64,000 nt of DNA from Bugula neritina (Eukaryota; Animalia; Bryozoa), in contig OZ037770.1 of assembly GCA_964035545.1 (NCBI GenBank), positions 10,994,463-11,058,462 on the forward strand, written 5' to 3'. The stretch's first letter is position 1, and every line of letters begins with the position of its first letter. Under the pieces are notes generated by a model, which was not told the DNA's origin, did not search any database, and worked only from the letters and a program-made list of their open reading frames with translations. This document shows, in pieces, positions 24,707 through 38,605 of the stretch. Position numbers and translations under genes: made by a program.

Positions 24707-27184
24707 ATGGAGTACAAACTAACAAGTAGATGTTATGTCTTCGTACTGACGGCAGTTGTGTTTTTGCAACTTTCTCATCAAAGTTCTGGCACCATGTTTC
24801 GAGTGAGACTTCCCGGGGTATGCTATATGTCCATGATTTAATAAATTATGTGAATTAAGAAACATGTTAAAAACAAAAACATTCTTTTTAATAATATTAC
24901 AACTTTTATAGACGAACAAAATGCGTTTTCATTGATTGGAAACTTAAGACTTCCTGGCTTTAGCCAAAAGCAATGTTCTAATAAGTGTTTGTTATAAAAA
25001 GAAAATAATTTCTGAAAAAGGCACCATTTTACCTACTGAATAGGCCTACTGCATTTATTTTGCATCTATGCAATCATAACTAAAGGGGTTTTGTTTGCAT
25101 ATTTTATACTAGATCAACTTATAAATACATCCCAAGCCTTCCAATTGCAGTGATTTCTGTTTATGATTCAAGTAGAAACAATTAGTGGGCTGCACCTAAG
25201 CTGGTATGAAATATGTGATATTCTAACTGTTGTAGGGTCACGACCTGGAGGTTGACGTAACCTACAATCGCCAAGAAGCTGTTGCAACGTGTCAATATAA
25301 GAGTGGTCTCATCGTGCTACAAGACTATGATAAGGTAAGATAACGATCATGGAGACTATTCAATATTTTTCAATTGCAAGAATCAGGTGTTAAATCTATC
25401 TATTGTATACTGGAATGCTCGTATCAAAAGAAATCTTCAATATAAAGTTCAATCAGAAACTATATAATGTATTGTGAGTTGTTCACCTTGTGTAAACCAT
25501 AATATATAACTATTGAAACAGACAAATGAAGCAACAAAGCATTTAGTTGAAAATATTTAACCAAGCTTATTTGGCACTTGATGTATCCATTATTCATTTG
25601 TGAGTTTTACTTTTCTAAAGTTATTATTAATTTATTGAAGTATATACTTTTAATAAAATTCATTCTAGTTGGTCTTTTTTAACTAAATTATGATATATTT
25701 TGCAAAACATAGAAATTTCTAGAATATTTATGCTGATTAGGTAAAAATTAATAAAAGAAAAATTTGATTGTATTGGTCAAAATAAGTTTGTATATACTTT
25801 TAGATGTCAAAGGTAGCTAGAGATCCAACCACAAAGTTGTGCTATGTGGGAAGGTTTGACAGTCAATCGCCTATGGATGGTCTAATAATTGACCAGTACC
25901 TAAAACAAAATTCTAAACTTAACAAGTGAGTAATATCAAAAGCCTGTAAGAATTGAAAAACTGTTACATCTCCGCCTTGCACAAAGCACCAAAAGCTAGC
26001 ACATCTTATTTTAAAGTTCTTGTATATAAAATGAATTAAGTTACATAACCTATCAACAAGCTTTTTGCATTTAGATTATATTTTAACTGTAAAATATCAA
26101 TATTTTCTAGGTATATTTGTGCATTAATTATCGCAATGACTGCACAAATGGAAATTTCAACATTGGCCCTATTTATTAAACTTGGTTTGCCTACAAACCA
26201 GACTACATTATTTAACCTTGCTTGATATCTTTTGCATTGATTAATGGTGCTGTTTTAAAGTTTATCTAGTTTTAAAACTTTACCAAGAAAGCTTGTTATT
26301 ATAAAAATTGTATTTTAATAGGCTGGTTCTGAAAGTTGAGAAGAAGCCCTACTTTCTTGCAAATCCCTCACTGCCATTTGAAGATTTGGTCCCAAAGAAT
26401 GCTGAAGACCTTTGTCCTGAAGGATTCATTCCAATAACTAAGAAAGCGGAATTTGGTATAATATATATTTACCTAAATCTATAATATAATATCTAAGAAA
26501 GTCTAAGTTATAATATTTCTAGTTACTTACAGTAATCATTACCTCAGGCTAAAGGCGGTTGACAGACAAAACTTTTGCAAGACACCCTGTGAAGCATATT
26601 TTGAAATAAATGTTCATTATTTTTTATGAGAGCACCATTTGCATATGTATTAAACATTCAACCACACATATCACCTGCAGTGTCTATAATAGCTTTAGCT
26701 ATAGTTTACTTTTGTAAACTTAAACATCTTTTCCTGCATTCAAGGTTTTATGCAAAAATTGTTTACAAAACTTGATTATTTAAACTGTCTGTTCAAAGCA
26801 TATAATGCATAATCACAATGTTTTTTAAGAAAAGAATGCGTCACAAAAAGTAAAAAAAATTATGCTTATTAGACACACTATATTTTTGCAAATAAATTTA
26901 ATGACTGCTAATTAAGAAAACCTAATTGACATTATGTAAGAAGTATAAATCAACGTTTGAAAGGAGTAACCATTTTGGTTGAAATATATCAGTTTGGCTT
27001 CTTATAATGCATGAAAATAGTCTAAGCTAATAAAAGTTGAGAGAGCTGTAAAGTCAATTATGAAGTTTCACATATGTTTATATATGTCACAGCTGCTGAT
27101 GATCCTGAGCTTACCAAGCCAACTGTGGAAATTGGGCTAGAGGTTATCCTGGAGTACAACATGGATGATGACATAATTCAATAG
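24707..27184 (+). CDS. BRICHOS-domain precursor 3, no cationic peptide (~185 aa); exons 24707-24817, 25236-25334, 25804-25925, 26322-26455, 27093-27184
   Basis: GT-AG junctions in phase (0,0,2,1). MEYKLTSRCYVFVLTAVVFLQLSHQSSG signal; LQDYDKMSKVARDPTTKLCYVGRF...LVPKNAEDLCPEGF; tail AADDPELTKPTVEIGLEVILEYNMDDDIIQ. Mostly invisible in the ORF track. Confidence 0.82.
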
Positions 27185-29056
27185 CTTGCCTCTGTCTATA
27201 TAAGAGGCCTCAACACATCTCTGATTCCTAAAGAATATTTGAAACATCATTTTTAGATACATCTTGAAATATATGATTTTGATAATTCTGCATGAAATCT
27301 AAGTGAAAAACATTTTATTTATTGTCATAATATTTATAATTATACTTAATTGAGCTTGTGTCAAACGTGTCTGCTGCACTAGCATCAAATCAAGTTGCAC
27401 AATGTCTAACATTGCATGTATTTTTTTAACAATTGTACTAATTTTTTATTTTTAGTCTAATAAAAAGTTCAACAATAAATTGAAACCAAGAAATATTTGT
27501 ATTTTCTATAGTCAATGTAATTAATTTACAAATGCTATGAAGTAATGATAAATTAAATAAGATTTAAAGCTCTATAACGTACTTTCCTAAAGTAAAATTG
27601 AGAATATCAATTATTATGGGAACTAATACTGCATGCATAGAGAAGTGCAAGTTATGGTGAAAGTGCCTTTAATTAGTTCAACTATTCAGTTAGTAAATTC
27701 TGCTCACAGCATTGCATTATAGGTCATACTATTGTAGATTTAGGTTTTTTATAGTGAAAAATAGTAATTGCCTTTTCACTAGGATATTAGAAACCTATTA
27801 CCATGCATGCACTACACCACTGGAAAAATTGTTAAACCCAATACATACACATGGCATTAAGATTTTGCTACTTTAACCATCAGATTGGTAATTTACTGTG
27901 AAAAGACCTAAATACATTTTATTAAACTGCAGTACATTTCATAGTATAGCCGGCTGTAGGCAAGCAATTTAGAGGGAAAGTCCAGCAAGGATAGAAAACA
28001 ATAATAATAAACAAATATAGAATAATGCAGTTCTGATGCATTTTCAAAACTAAAGTTTACTTAGCCTAGGTATCTTGTAATTTAATATATAGCTTTATAT
28101 AGAAAATCGGATGCAATACCTTTACTAAGCTATAGGCGTCATAACTCCAAAACTAGTTGTTTGAATTTATCTTTAAGTATTTTGCTGAATATTTATTACC
28201 ATTTGATTGGCTATAGTTTATATGAGGATATATATATGACTGGTCCTTAAAGTGCTGGGCTGTGAAAGCTTATGTTACTGAAAGTTATCAAAACATTGGT
28301 TTGGAGTCTAAACATACTCTGTCTATAGACGGTTAGTTTTCAATAAAATGATTTCTATATCATCTGTTTCTGGCTTATTATAGAGGCTTTTTGATCTATG
28401 CATTAAGGGAGAGGAGAATATGTGCTAATTAACAGAACCTAGACAAACAGTTGAAATACTCAAGTAATTAAAATACTATTTGTAATGAATTTTATACATT
28501 AAGATGTTGTATTGTTAAAAAAGGAACAAGATGTAAACATTGTTTTTGAAAATTAGAACATTTTTAATATATAATGTATATATTATAGCTGTATATATAC
28601 AAACACACGCACACGGTATAATCATATAAGATTTAATATTTTGAAAGGAAATCATGCATTGATTGTCAGAGGTCATTTTAAAAACAGTTTACAAACTGTA
28701 AGACTCAGCATAATGAAGGAAGAGTTTTAATTAAACAGTAAATTAGTTTTGCTTGACTCGCTTCTAATAAATTTTTTAAATTGATCCACCTTTAAACCTT
28801 TTTAATTTCCTTTCGTGCAGAAGTAAAATGGTTTTCAGCAATATGCGGGGCATAATTCAAATAACTTAAAAGGAAATGATGTATCAATTAGTATAACTTT
28901 GATCAATATTTTTACAGCATTCAGTTCTTGCATAAACAACTGCAAGAAAAAATATTAAGCAAAAGTTTGCTCAAGTTTGCATATGATATGGTTCGTCCTT
29001 TTGTAACCAACTTGATATTTTGATATTTTGCTTTGGTTGTTAAAAGTTTGAATAAA

Positions 29057-31678
29057 ATGACTGGCCTATTTTTGACATCAAGATTTGGTAAGTTGAATTC
29101 TGGATGTTATTGCATGTGGTTTTTTTTTCTCACCTATCTCTGCTTTGTCCTGTCCTGTGATTTATAGTAAAGTAATATAGCATATTGTATTGTATTGATA
29201 TATAGTTAAATATTATATGGTTATGCCATTAAATGTGAACAATTGTTGCAGTATAATATGGTTTACATTATGTTTTGTCATTTGGTTTAGTGTTTTGACT
29301 AAGTTTAAAAAGCCAAAATTCTAAAATAATAAACAATGAAACTGCATATAAATATAACCGCATGTAATTCAATTGGTTTTGTTGTGAAACTCAGACTCAA
29401 CATAATTTCCCTTCATTTATTGCAGCTATAAGTTTTTTTTATTCATGCATAAAAGGTATATTGAGTTATTATAGCTTATACACGTTTAAATTAGTGTAAC
29501 GAACTAAACAGCATATATAAGAAGTTTTGCTGTTTTTCAGGCAAACCGAAATATGCAAATATCATTACATATAATAAATAATTAAGTTAATATATGACAT
29601 ACAACATTATTATATTCTTACAGATGAACTATGTATGTATATACATATAGTAAGAACATTTACTTTTGGTAAATACATATTTTCTGCTGAATAGTACTTA
29701 TCTTTTTTCTCATTGTGATATATTTGAAAAAGAAATGATAAAAAAAAAAAATATTCATATATTAATTATTGGATTTTGCCAATAGTATAGCAATTACCAA
29801 ATTTCTACGCGCAAAAAGCACTAATATACTATGTAATATCAAACATATAAATCTATGGGCTGTTTTGTAATTCAATGTGTAGCTGCTATTACCTATAGGC
29901 AACAAAATAAATTCTTATACAAAAGTGCTTAACTAATGCTATTGCTAGTTTTAATCTATTAATTTGCAAATTTCTAATTTCTCCAGTTAATGAAGAGCTG
30001 TGAAATTACATCTATTTTAAAGATTGTAGGCATAAATAATGTTTCAGGTTTGTATTTTGATCTCTTTTCAAGTACTTATAGTAGAACCTGCTGCTCTGGC
30101 TGCGTTTGGTTACCAGACTGTCCTCTACAAGAGTTATGTCATACCAGAATCTCTATCCAACATTTCACTGTATGACTCCGGGACAGCCATCTCCACCAGC
30201 TACTGTGGCTTTGATTGTATGAGAAGAGAAGAATGCAATGAATTCACATTTGATTAGCTAACCAAGAAGTGCTCTGTTAAAACATCTGTTAACTCTAATC
30301 TGTATTCTGAAGGACAGGGAGATGATTCTGATTTCTACATTCGAGCAGATGTTCGAAAGCGGTTTAGTAAATTACTGGCTAGGAGTAAGTATAGTTGCTT
30401 AAATCCAATTAAAATGATAATATATTGTTAAAAAAATTGATAGTTTTTGTTTTAAAATTTAGTGAAAAGGCATAATAAAATTAATTATAAGCACTGACTA
30501 TTTTGGAAATGTTAATTTTTTTTAACATTTTCTTAGTAAATTCTCTGAAGTCCTTTCTTTAAAAAAATTATTGTATTATAACAAGTTTTGTGAATTCATA
30601 CCTTATTATAATATTTAATTGATTTAATACACATTATGAATTGAAATTCATTGAAAAATAAAAAAATATTGTAGAAAAGTCAGCTAAGCTGTCATCTGTA
30701 AGGATTAGTCCTCAAGCACATATTTCCCATGGTGCAGTTTTGGCTGTTGATGGATTTTATGAACCAAAAACTAGGGTGCATGATTCATTGGCACACAGTA
30801 AGAAAGAGAATAGACCATGGTGGAGAGTAAACCTGGAAGATGTACACTGTGTCTGGGCTGTCAACATTCTGAATAGATATGCAAGTGAGTGAAATATTTT
30901 GAGAGCTTATAGAGTGATTTGCAGCTTTAATCTAATTCTGATGATTTTTTTTGAGTCCATTACAATTTTAGAATTATTTTGTGAAGGTGAAAATGAGTTT
31001 TATGGAGTCAGTTAGATGTTGTTACTCCATGAAAACTAAAACAGTAAAAAAAGTGTAATAAATCTTCTCTACACTATCACTCCTAAAAAACACAGTTTTA
31101 TATTTCTGATTCATAAGGCCAATGCTAATTTTTGACAAATGTACCTCTTCTTATGTATACTATCGCGATGTTTTCTAATGCCAACTTATTTTAAGCAACA
31201 CTTTAAACATTTTATTCAAAACTCTTTATTCTATAAAACATGCAGTATAGTTAAAATTGTTGATGACTTTATTTTTAAAAAATCTGGCTCTTTTGAAGTT
31301 TATATTGAATTAATGCTTTTTACATTTAAACAAATACTTATAAGACACATTGTTTCTTGTTTATAAAATAAAAATACCTGCTTTACCAATTGTAATGACA
31401 GCATAAACGTTATATTGTCATAAACATGACGTTTTTCAGAAATAGAACATAGCCAGAGATCAATCGACACCGAAGTAACAGTTGCTGTAATGGTAGAGGA
31501 AGATATAGAGTTTACTGGATCTAACAGAGAAGTTCTGTGTAAATATGTTGATGGTTATCTCAACAGATACTACACTTTGATTACTTGTGATCAACCAATC
31601 AGTGGCCGCTTTGTCCAGATTCTGTTCAATGCTACAACCGCGCCTAATTTAAATGAGATTGAAGTTCATGGTTATTAA
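29057..31678 (+). pseudogene. PAN/apple + F-type lectin (fucolectin-like) paralog A with premature stop; exons 29057-29087, 30073-30384, 30675-30884, 31440-31678
   Basis: Same 4-exon phase-1 structure as paralogs B and C; AVDG, AHS, RPWWRV, GRFVQI, LNEIEV motifs; TGG>TAG at 30255-30257 where paralogs have Trp (FTFDW). Confidence 0.8.
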
Positions 31679-33319
31679 AAATAAAATGACAGCTTTGCTT
31701 ATAAAAAATACTATTAATCCAGCATAAAGTTTCTATTATAGCTATTATAATAGCTGTGCCCTTTTTCCAATTTATAAAAACAATATATGTAGTCTTTAAT
31801 TGTCAAAAATTATGAGCAAATATTTGTCTTGAGTTTTATAGCAATTGAGAAAAATCTTAGCCAGAGTGAGTTATATATGCATGCGTTTAAGAATGAATAG
31901 TGTCAATGACTTTTGTGTTAGTATATGAGTTTAAAGAAAAATATATACAAATTCCAATGAAATATTATTTATAAATTTTGTATGCACATGTTGATCAGGC
32001 ACGGTTGGCCAAAGCCACTTGGCAGAGATATTAGGGTGTTTTATATGTATGCTTAAAAGTATTTCCTGCAATATGAAACAATTGAAGTATAAACATATAT
32101 CTATGCAATATGAGATTGCAAAGCTTTATAGTATTTTCTGCTGGTGTTTCAACAATTGTCAATAAAATTGGACAGTTTTAGTATATGCACTTAAGTTTAT
32201 ATACAGCATCTAAAGCCTATATTTTTTGAAGTTGTGTAGCTAATTTTTATTATAGCTCTATTGTAATATTTTGTATTTCTTTTTTCTTGAATACAAAGTA
32301 ATTGTTTTTGTTGTTGTTATTGTTTTTTTGATTTTAATATTATAATTGTCTTCAAAAGAAATTGTTGTTGCTTTACATTTTTATCAAAATTAATAGAAAT
32401 AATATTGCAATTCAACAGATGAGAATTTCAAAGCTGACAAAATCGCCAATGCATTGCATACCAGCTGTAACTGCAAGTAAAACACTGTCTGTGTCATAAT
32501 TATTAAAAAATAAAAGACGTATCTTCACAGCAAGGGAATATGTGCCAATGTTACTCAAAGATTATAATATACTTCAAGTGTCTGCCGGGATCACTAAAGC
32601 CGCAGAGCAAGTTAATAAAGCCACAAAGCAAGTTAAGAGACCTTTCTTGCTAAAAAAAAATGAACTCAAACACTTTTATAATGTGACAGAAACTTCAAGG
32701 ATTTCTCACATCATATGCCTTTCAATAATCTTGTATTTGCCTCTAGAAGTTTAAGCTTTAATTTTTCTGTAAAAATTAGTCCACATGTGACAGCAATATG
32801 TTTGTGTGAAATCATATAGGGCAAATATTTGAAAAGCCTATATAATGTACTGCAGAATGATGTAAATAAATGCAACGTTAATTATATAAAACTATAAAAC
32901 AAAAGTAAAACAGAAATTATTGATTTGAACATGTCAGCAGAAGGTGACATCTCTATGCTATCCATTATAGTGATGATGTTAATTACAATTTCAATCTACG
33001 ATGACATGTGTAACCTAATGTTTTATATAATATATAAACTGTAAAGTTTTATCACATATGGTAAATAAAACATTTCTTTACATGACCTACTGTAAGCTTT
33101 GCGATTTCAAAAATTGATTCTCTAACTTTAATTATTTTAAAATGTTTCTCTCAAGCTCAGTAACTTTAATTATTCAAAGTGTACACTATGATTCTAAGCT
33201 TTTTATTATTTGATGAACTGACTACAGGCTGAGAAGTCTTGAACTTGTAAGCTGTTTAAAATAAAATCTGCCAGAGCTTGTATACAGAGTAGCCTATTCT
33301 TGAAACTAGCAGCAAGAAG

Positions 33320-34282
33320 ATGGAGAACAACAGCTTCCTGTGTGAGAATGTTCCAGAACTATGTGCTGACTCAACTATTTCTACAGCTGCTACTTTACTC
33401 AACATGTTTAGCGTGGTGTGCAACATTCTAAACTTGATTGCGCTAAAAAGCTTGGACAAGTCAAAGAGAAATGGATACTTTTGGGTCGTGATAAATATTG
33501 GAATTTTAGACATAGCTACAGGTATAATCTTTACCTTATATGTCAGCTGTGACTTTAACAGGCTTGTGGTAAAACTCTCTGACAGAGAGGTCTTGGTGTA
33601 TCAAGTTGTAATCAACATACTTGGCTTTGCCACATACTTTGCTCAAAACCTCATCTTGGTAACTGGTAGCTATGAAAGATATACATGTCTCCATATGTCA
33701 ACCATTCAATGTACAGACAAACAAAGTGCTTAACAACTTAGGAGCTTGCCTTGGAACAATCTGGATAGTTAGTCTTGTCGTGATGGGTGTTCCCTTAGCC
33801 TCTGACACTAAAAACTACTGTTTTAGTCTATTTGGATCTATGCCAATGGAATTCAATGTTCAAACTGACGTAGTGTTTGCAAGCTCCATAACAATAACTT
33901 TAACAACGTGTGTGATTCTGCTATTCAAAACTTGGAAAGAACTTAGAAGAATGCAACAAAGGAACACAGCTAGAGCAGATGACTTGATGGTGAAAAGATC
34001 AGCTCAATACATTTTGATTATTTGTGTCACATTTTACTTGCAATATGTTCCAGCTTTCATGTCAGTAACCTTTAATGTAATTGAAGCTTTGCCAAAGGAA
34101 ATAGCTATTGTCACCAGGTGGATATCTATGTTTTACCAATCTGTTTATGGTATCCTAAACATTGCTGCTTACATCATATAATGACTTCTGGCTACAGATC
34201 CCATATCATCAGAATACTTCGAGTTAGGAAAATCGAGATACAACCCGCCGAAAATGTCTCTACCAACAGAGGAAATTGTTGA
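33320..34282 (+). pseudogene. Class A (rhodopsin-like) GPCR paralog with two frameshifts
   Basis: Highly similar to 44146-45102; +4 nt (ACAT) right after the ERY codons (~33681) and +2 nt at ~34178; split into ORFs 33320-33733 and 33672-34181. Confidence 0.85.
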
Positions 34283-37200
34283 TCATACATCTCGTCTTAT
34301 AATTAGAAACTTATTAGTTCAGACAAAGTTTTTCCAATATACTTTCATGCAGTTTGAAAATGGACATGTATGTTGCTTTATAATGTTGTTATTCAATGCC
34401 TAATCTTTATACTTAATTTGTTGTAGCTTAAAACTAAAAAAAATATTAAATTAATTTTGAATGTCTTGTTTTGCTATTTATTTTGTCCTTCAACTGCATG
34501 TCTCTCAATCATTGATGCAATGCAATGCTGTTTATATTGCAATAAACTACTTATCTACAAAAATTCACATCATTTTTACTTTAAGGTTGCTATTTAATAA
34601 TTGCAAAAGTTTTGCAATCATTAAATAGCAAATTGCTAAAACATTTGTGTCAATACGTTTGCAGCTATTTGTACTTCAAATAATTTTCCTGTGGTTTACA
34701 ACTACTTTATTCCACAAAATATACTAAACAATGGCTGAATAAGATGGACAGCATTTATAAAACAGCATTACTATACATAACCACAGTCTTACTGTTTGAC
34801 TGCTATTAGTTAAGCTACTACTTTGAAATACAAAGACAATGGTATAATGTAACATAATGGCAGGTTAAATATTACATAACAACTGCTTTCACAAAAAAAT
34901 CATAAGCACTTTATTACTCCTTAAACTCAATATCATAATATGAACATAGAAGTATTTTGCATGTGTTAAGCTATTTAGGTGGTCTCTTTGTTTGATAGGC
35001 TACTCCAACTCTGAATCATTTAGGAATTATTATTATTGTTATAGGTGCATAATCGATTCAGTTGCTTGCATACATATATGCATTTGCTAGCATTATTAGT
35101 TGTAAAAGAAAATGCATAGAAAATCCTCCTACAGTAATATACTAAAATGTTCATGAAGCTGCATACATTATATGGCAGTAACAACTAAAACCTTGCATTC
35201 ATTTCTTAAGTTTTGCATGCATAAAATGTTTATTATAATGCAGTTATATATAGACAAAGCAATGTCTTGATACACTGAACATGTTGTGAAGTTTATAAAT
35301 ATGTATATGTTGTTTGATCTGTGTCATATTTAAACAAAGCCATTCAAAATGCTGCAACAGTAAAATAAAGAGAATTCAAAAAATTTGTATATTAAATTAT
35401 CGATTATCATGATAATCGATAATTTAATTTACAATTGATGAAACACTGCCTGATATCTCAATGGTATGACAACACTTTGAGGTTTTGGACCATAAAGAAA
35501 CAATATGTTTTACTTTTGAACAACAAAAAATGTTTTAATGCCAACGTTTGTCTGGTTTTGATAAAAGAACAATTAGCAATTTGCAAAGGTTTTCAGTATT
35601 TTTGCTATGTTTGCTTCATTAGATTCAGAAACTGGTTGAAGAGTTTATGATAACTTATTGTTTAATATATTAAAGATCCACTCTGGATAGATCTAAAAGC
35701 ACAAATTGTCTACTATAATAAATAACACGAACAACATAGTATAAACATTTACAAACAAAGACAAAGCTTATTCAGCATATCATCAACATTTAGATTGTTT
35801 GTATTTTAGCTGAAAATGTTGTCATGAGTAGATAACTTCAAATATCACTCTTTTAATTTATTCAGTAATTGTAACTAAGTTTGAGAAGAATTGTAATCTG
35901 CAGACTTAGAAGATTAAAAAACAAAATCAGAATAGTATATAGAAGTTATTATACAATCACCTTGCTATAAGTGATGATGTAGTTGTTTCAAATATAATAA
36001 CAAAAAATCAGTTGGATGATTTAAGGTATTGTGATTTATAAATGTTGCATGCAATAAGATTGTGGACCTCAGAGCTGTGAAAGTACACAAATATAAAAAA
36101 GATCTTTTATGAAATAATTAAAATCAAAATTAATCAAGCACTATACACATACCATAACTTAATCTTTGGCAAAAATATTTTATTCACTAATATGAATTTT
36201 TACATTGAATATGTAGCAACAATTTCAGTTTAATGTACAAAAATGGTCACACTGTAAAAAATTATAATGCACAGACAATAGTGTGTTCTGGAAGATGGTG
36301 TATGAGTAGCACAATTAAGGTGAGATATAGTGAGATTGTTAGAAACAGCTTGTTACAGAAATGGTCCCGGTTGGACTATGGAAATCGGCAGGAAATGCAA
36401 ATTGTAAATATGAATGAAGTAAACAGGTTCAGAGTTGGTCACAGTAAGAGCAAATGGATACGGAGGAGGTGGATATTTCTCTAAGAGAGGAGATGAGACA
36501 GAGATGGTGGTTGGTTTAGGAGGATTGTTATATGATAGAATATCAGAGCTGGTGGTTATTTTTACTACTATTTGTTGGTATAATACAGCAGTTCGTTTGG
36601 TCAAAGAGCCATTCAGATCTCTGGAATATCAAACATAGACAGAGTAAAACATAAAGTAAACTAGAATAATAGACTGAGTTATATAACTATAAGATGGTCC
36701 AAAGACAATACATGCAGTAGCTGAATAGGAAATAACATGACTCCCGACAACAAATTGAAACTAGAAATTTTAAATGATAGAATTCAACTTGGCGGAAAAG
36801 TTTAATAAAAATTGATGATAATATATAGACAATCTTGAAATTAGAAAAAATGTATGTGTAGATTAATTTTGGGTAATATAAAAATATGAAATAACAGGTA
36901 TTTTCATACAGTAAATTAAAACAATCTGAACAGCCAAATTATGCATCACAAAGTATAAAATACGTTTATTTCTTATAAAGTGAAGCACTATCAATATTTT
37001 TTATATCGTGGCATACTGAATAATAATTTGGTGCACTGCTATGAATATATTTACAAATGAATTTATAAACTATTACCTTTAAAAGACCATTTCTAATTTG
37101 CATCAATTATATATTAAATTAAAAGAAAATTATCTATGATATCAAGTTAAATTAGAAACACTCACCTAAACAGAGAACCGACGAGATATTTAGCTAAACT

Positions 37201-37736
37201 TTCAAATGGCAGGTTTTGACACTTACATACAAGATGTGCGAGTGCCACCATCAGTGTCAGGAGTTGTCTGACCGGCTTAGAAAGAGACAAGAGAAGTCTG
37301 TAAAATTACAATATAAATTTATTACATAGTAATACCTATAAATTCTAAATGAGAGAAGTAGAGAACATATATAGTTAAGAAAACACTTGATAAATATGTT
37401 ATTGTTATGCATTTACTCAAAATATGCATGCATGCTCTAAAGGAGATGGAAGCTATTATTCGAAAGTGCATGCATGGCATATCATATTGGATGTTGACCA
37501 ATTAACTGAATTTAAACATAACTATATATAATATTGAGCCTACACAGAGAGAAATATTAGTGTTGGAGTGAACATTAGCTGACAACTAAAACAGCTCGTT
37601 TTTTGGCTCCTAAATTGACCAGCAGTGAATAGAAATTAGTGTCAGGTAATGTTCACAGTGAATAGTATGTTAGATCAATGTTGATATAAAGAGTTGTGAA
37701 GTTGATTCTTTGTATTTATCACAATAAGCCAAGTTA

Positions 37737-38030
37737 TGTTCAATGGTGATCTTATATATCTTCAATGGTGAGCTTATATATGTTCAATGGTGATTTTATT
37801 TATGCTCAATAGTGATATTATATATGTTTAATAGTGATCTTATTTATGTTCAATGATGATCTTAGATATGCTCAATGGTGAGCTTATATATGTTCAATAG
37901 TGAGCTTATTTATACTCAATAGTGATATTATATATGTTTAATGATGATCTTATTTCTGTTCAATGATGATCTTAGATATGCTCAATGCTGAACTAAGTTA
38001 TATTCAAAGCTGAACTTATAAATGTTCCAT
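37737..38030. repeat. 22-bp minisatellite (tgttcaatggtgatcttatata), ~12-13 copies
   Basis: Direct reading; units 2-6 are mirrored by units 7-11. Confidence 0.9.
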
Positions 38031-38329
38031 GCTGCTCTAATTTTTGTTGGAGATAAGCTTCTGCAAAAATTATTACTGATCACTCTGAACTAACTTGTCA
38101 TAACTTCTAACCAGTATGAGAGTATAGTAATGTGGATTTTATTGTATATGATAGTTGAATATAAGAAATGCAACAAAAAATAACTTCTAAAGATTAAAAT
38201 AAGAAAAAAAGCATGAAAATAAACATTTGCAGAATTTTTCTACAACTGTAAATTCAGTTAACTTTTCTCAATATTAACCTGCTAAGACCATAGTGTGTGT
38301 CATTACATTCTTGCTCTGTAGTATAGCGA

Positions 38330-38605
38330 TAACCAAGCAGTTGTGGTGTGTAATGGTAACCCAAGTACGGGAGGGGAGAGGGGGGAGGGAGGGGGAAGTT
38401 TTATAACTAATTCCAGCAGTTAGTAAAGTGTGGTAGTACTCCGAGAGGAGTTGAGTGGTCAGGGAAGCTTGAAGGAGTAGTATAAAAAAGGCAGCTGAGT
38501 TCTTGAAAAGTGGGTAAGGTGTAGTGTCGAGAGCACACAGTGACGCTTGTAATGTAGTGGTGAGTGCGCCTGCTTGCAGGCTGAAGGTCTCAGCATGATT
38601 CAAAG
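38330..38605 (+). mobile_element. Probable SINE with tRNA-like segments (second family)
   Basis: tRNA-like relic gtaatgtagtggtgagtgcgcctgcttgcaggctgaaggtctcag; resembles the reverse complement of 59580-59880 and 58890-58940. Confidence 0.45.

Noticed and set aside
30255-30257. Stop-codon readthrough or recoding in lectin A
   Set aside because: A simple TGG>TAG change, accompanied by loss of a PAN Cys and a Pro in the signal peptide, is better explained by pseudogenisation.
33681-34181. Compensating frameshifts (+4, +2) restoring GPCR-A
   Set aside because: The shifted frame stops at 33733, long before the second indel.
37737-38030. CRISPR-like regular repeat
   Set aside because: Head-to-tail units with no unique spacers, no cas genes, eukaryotic context.
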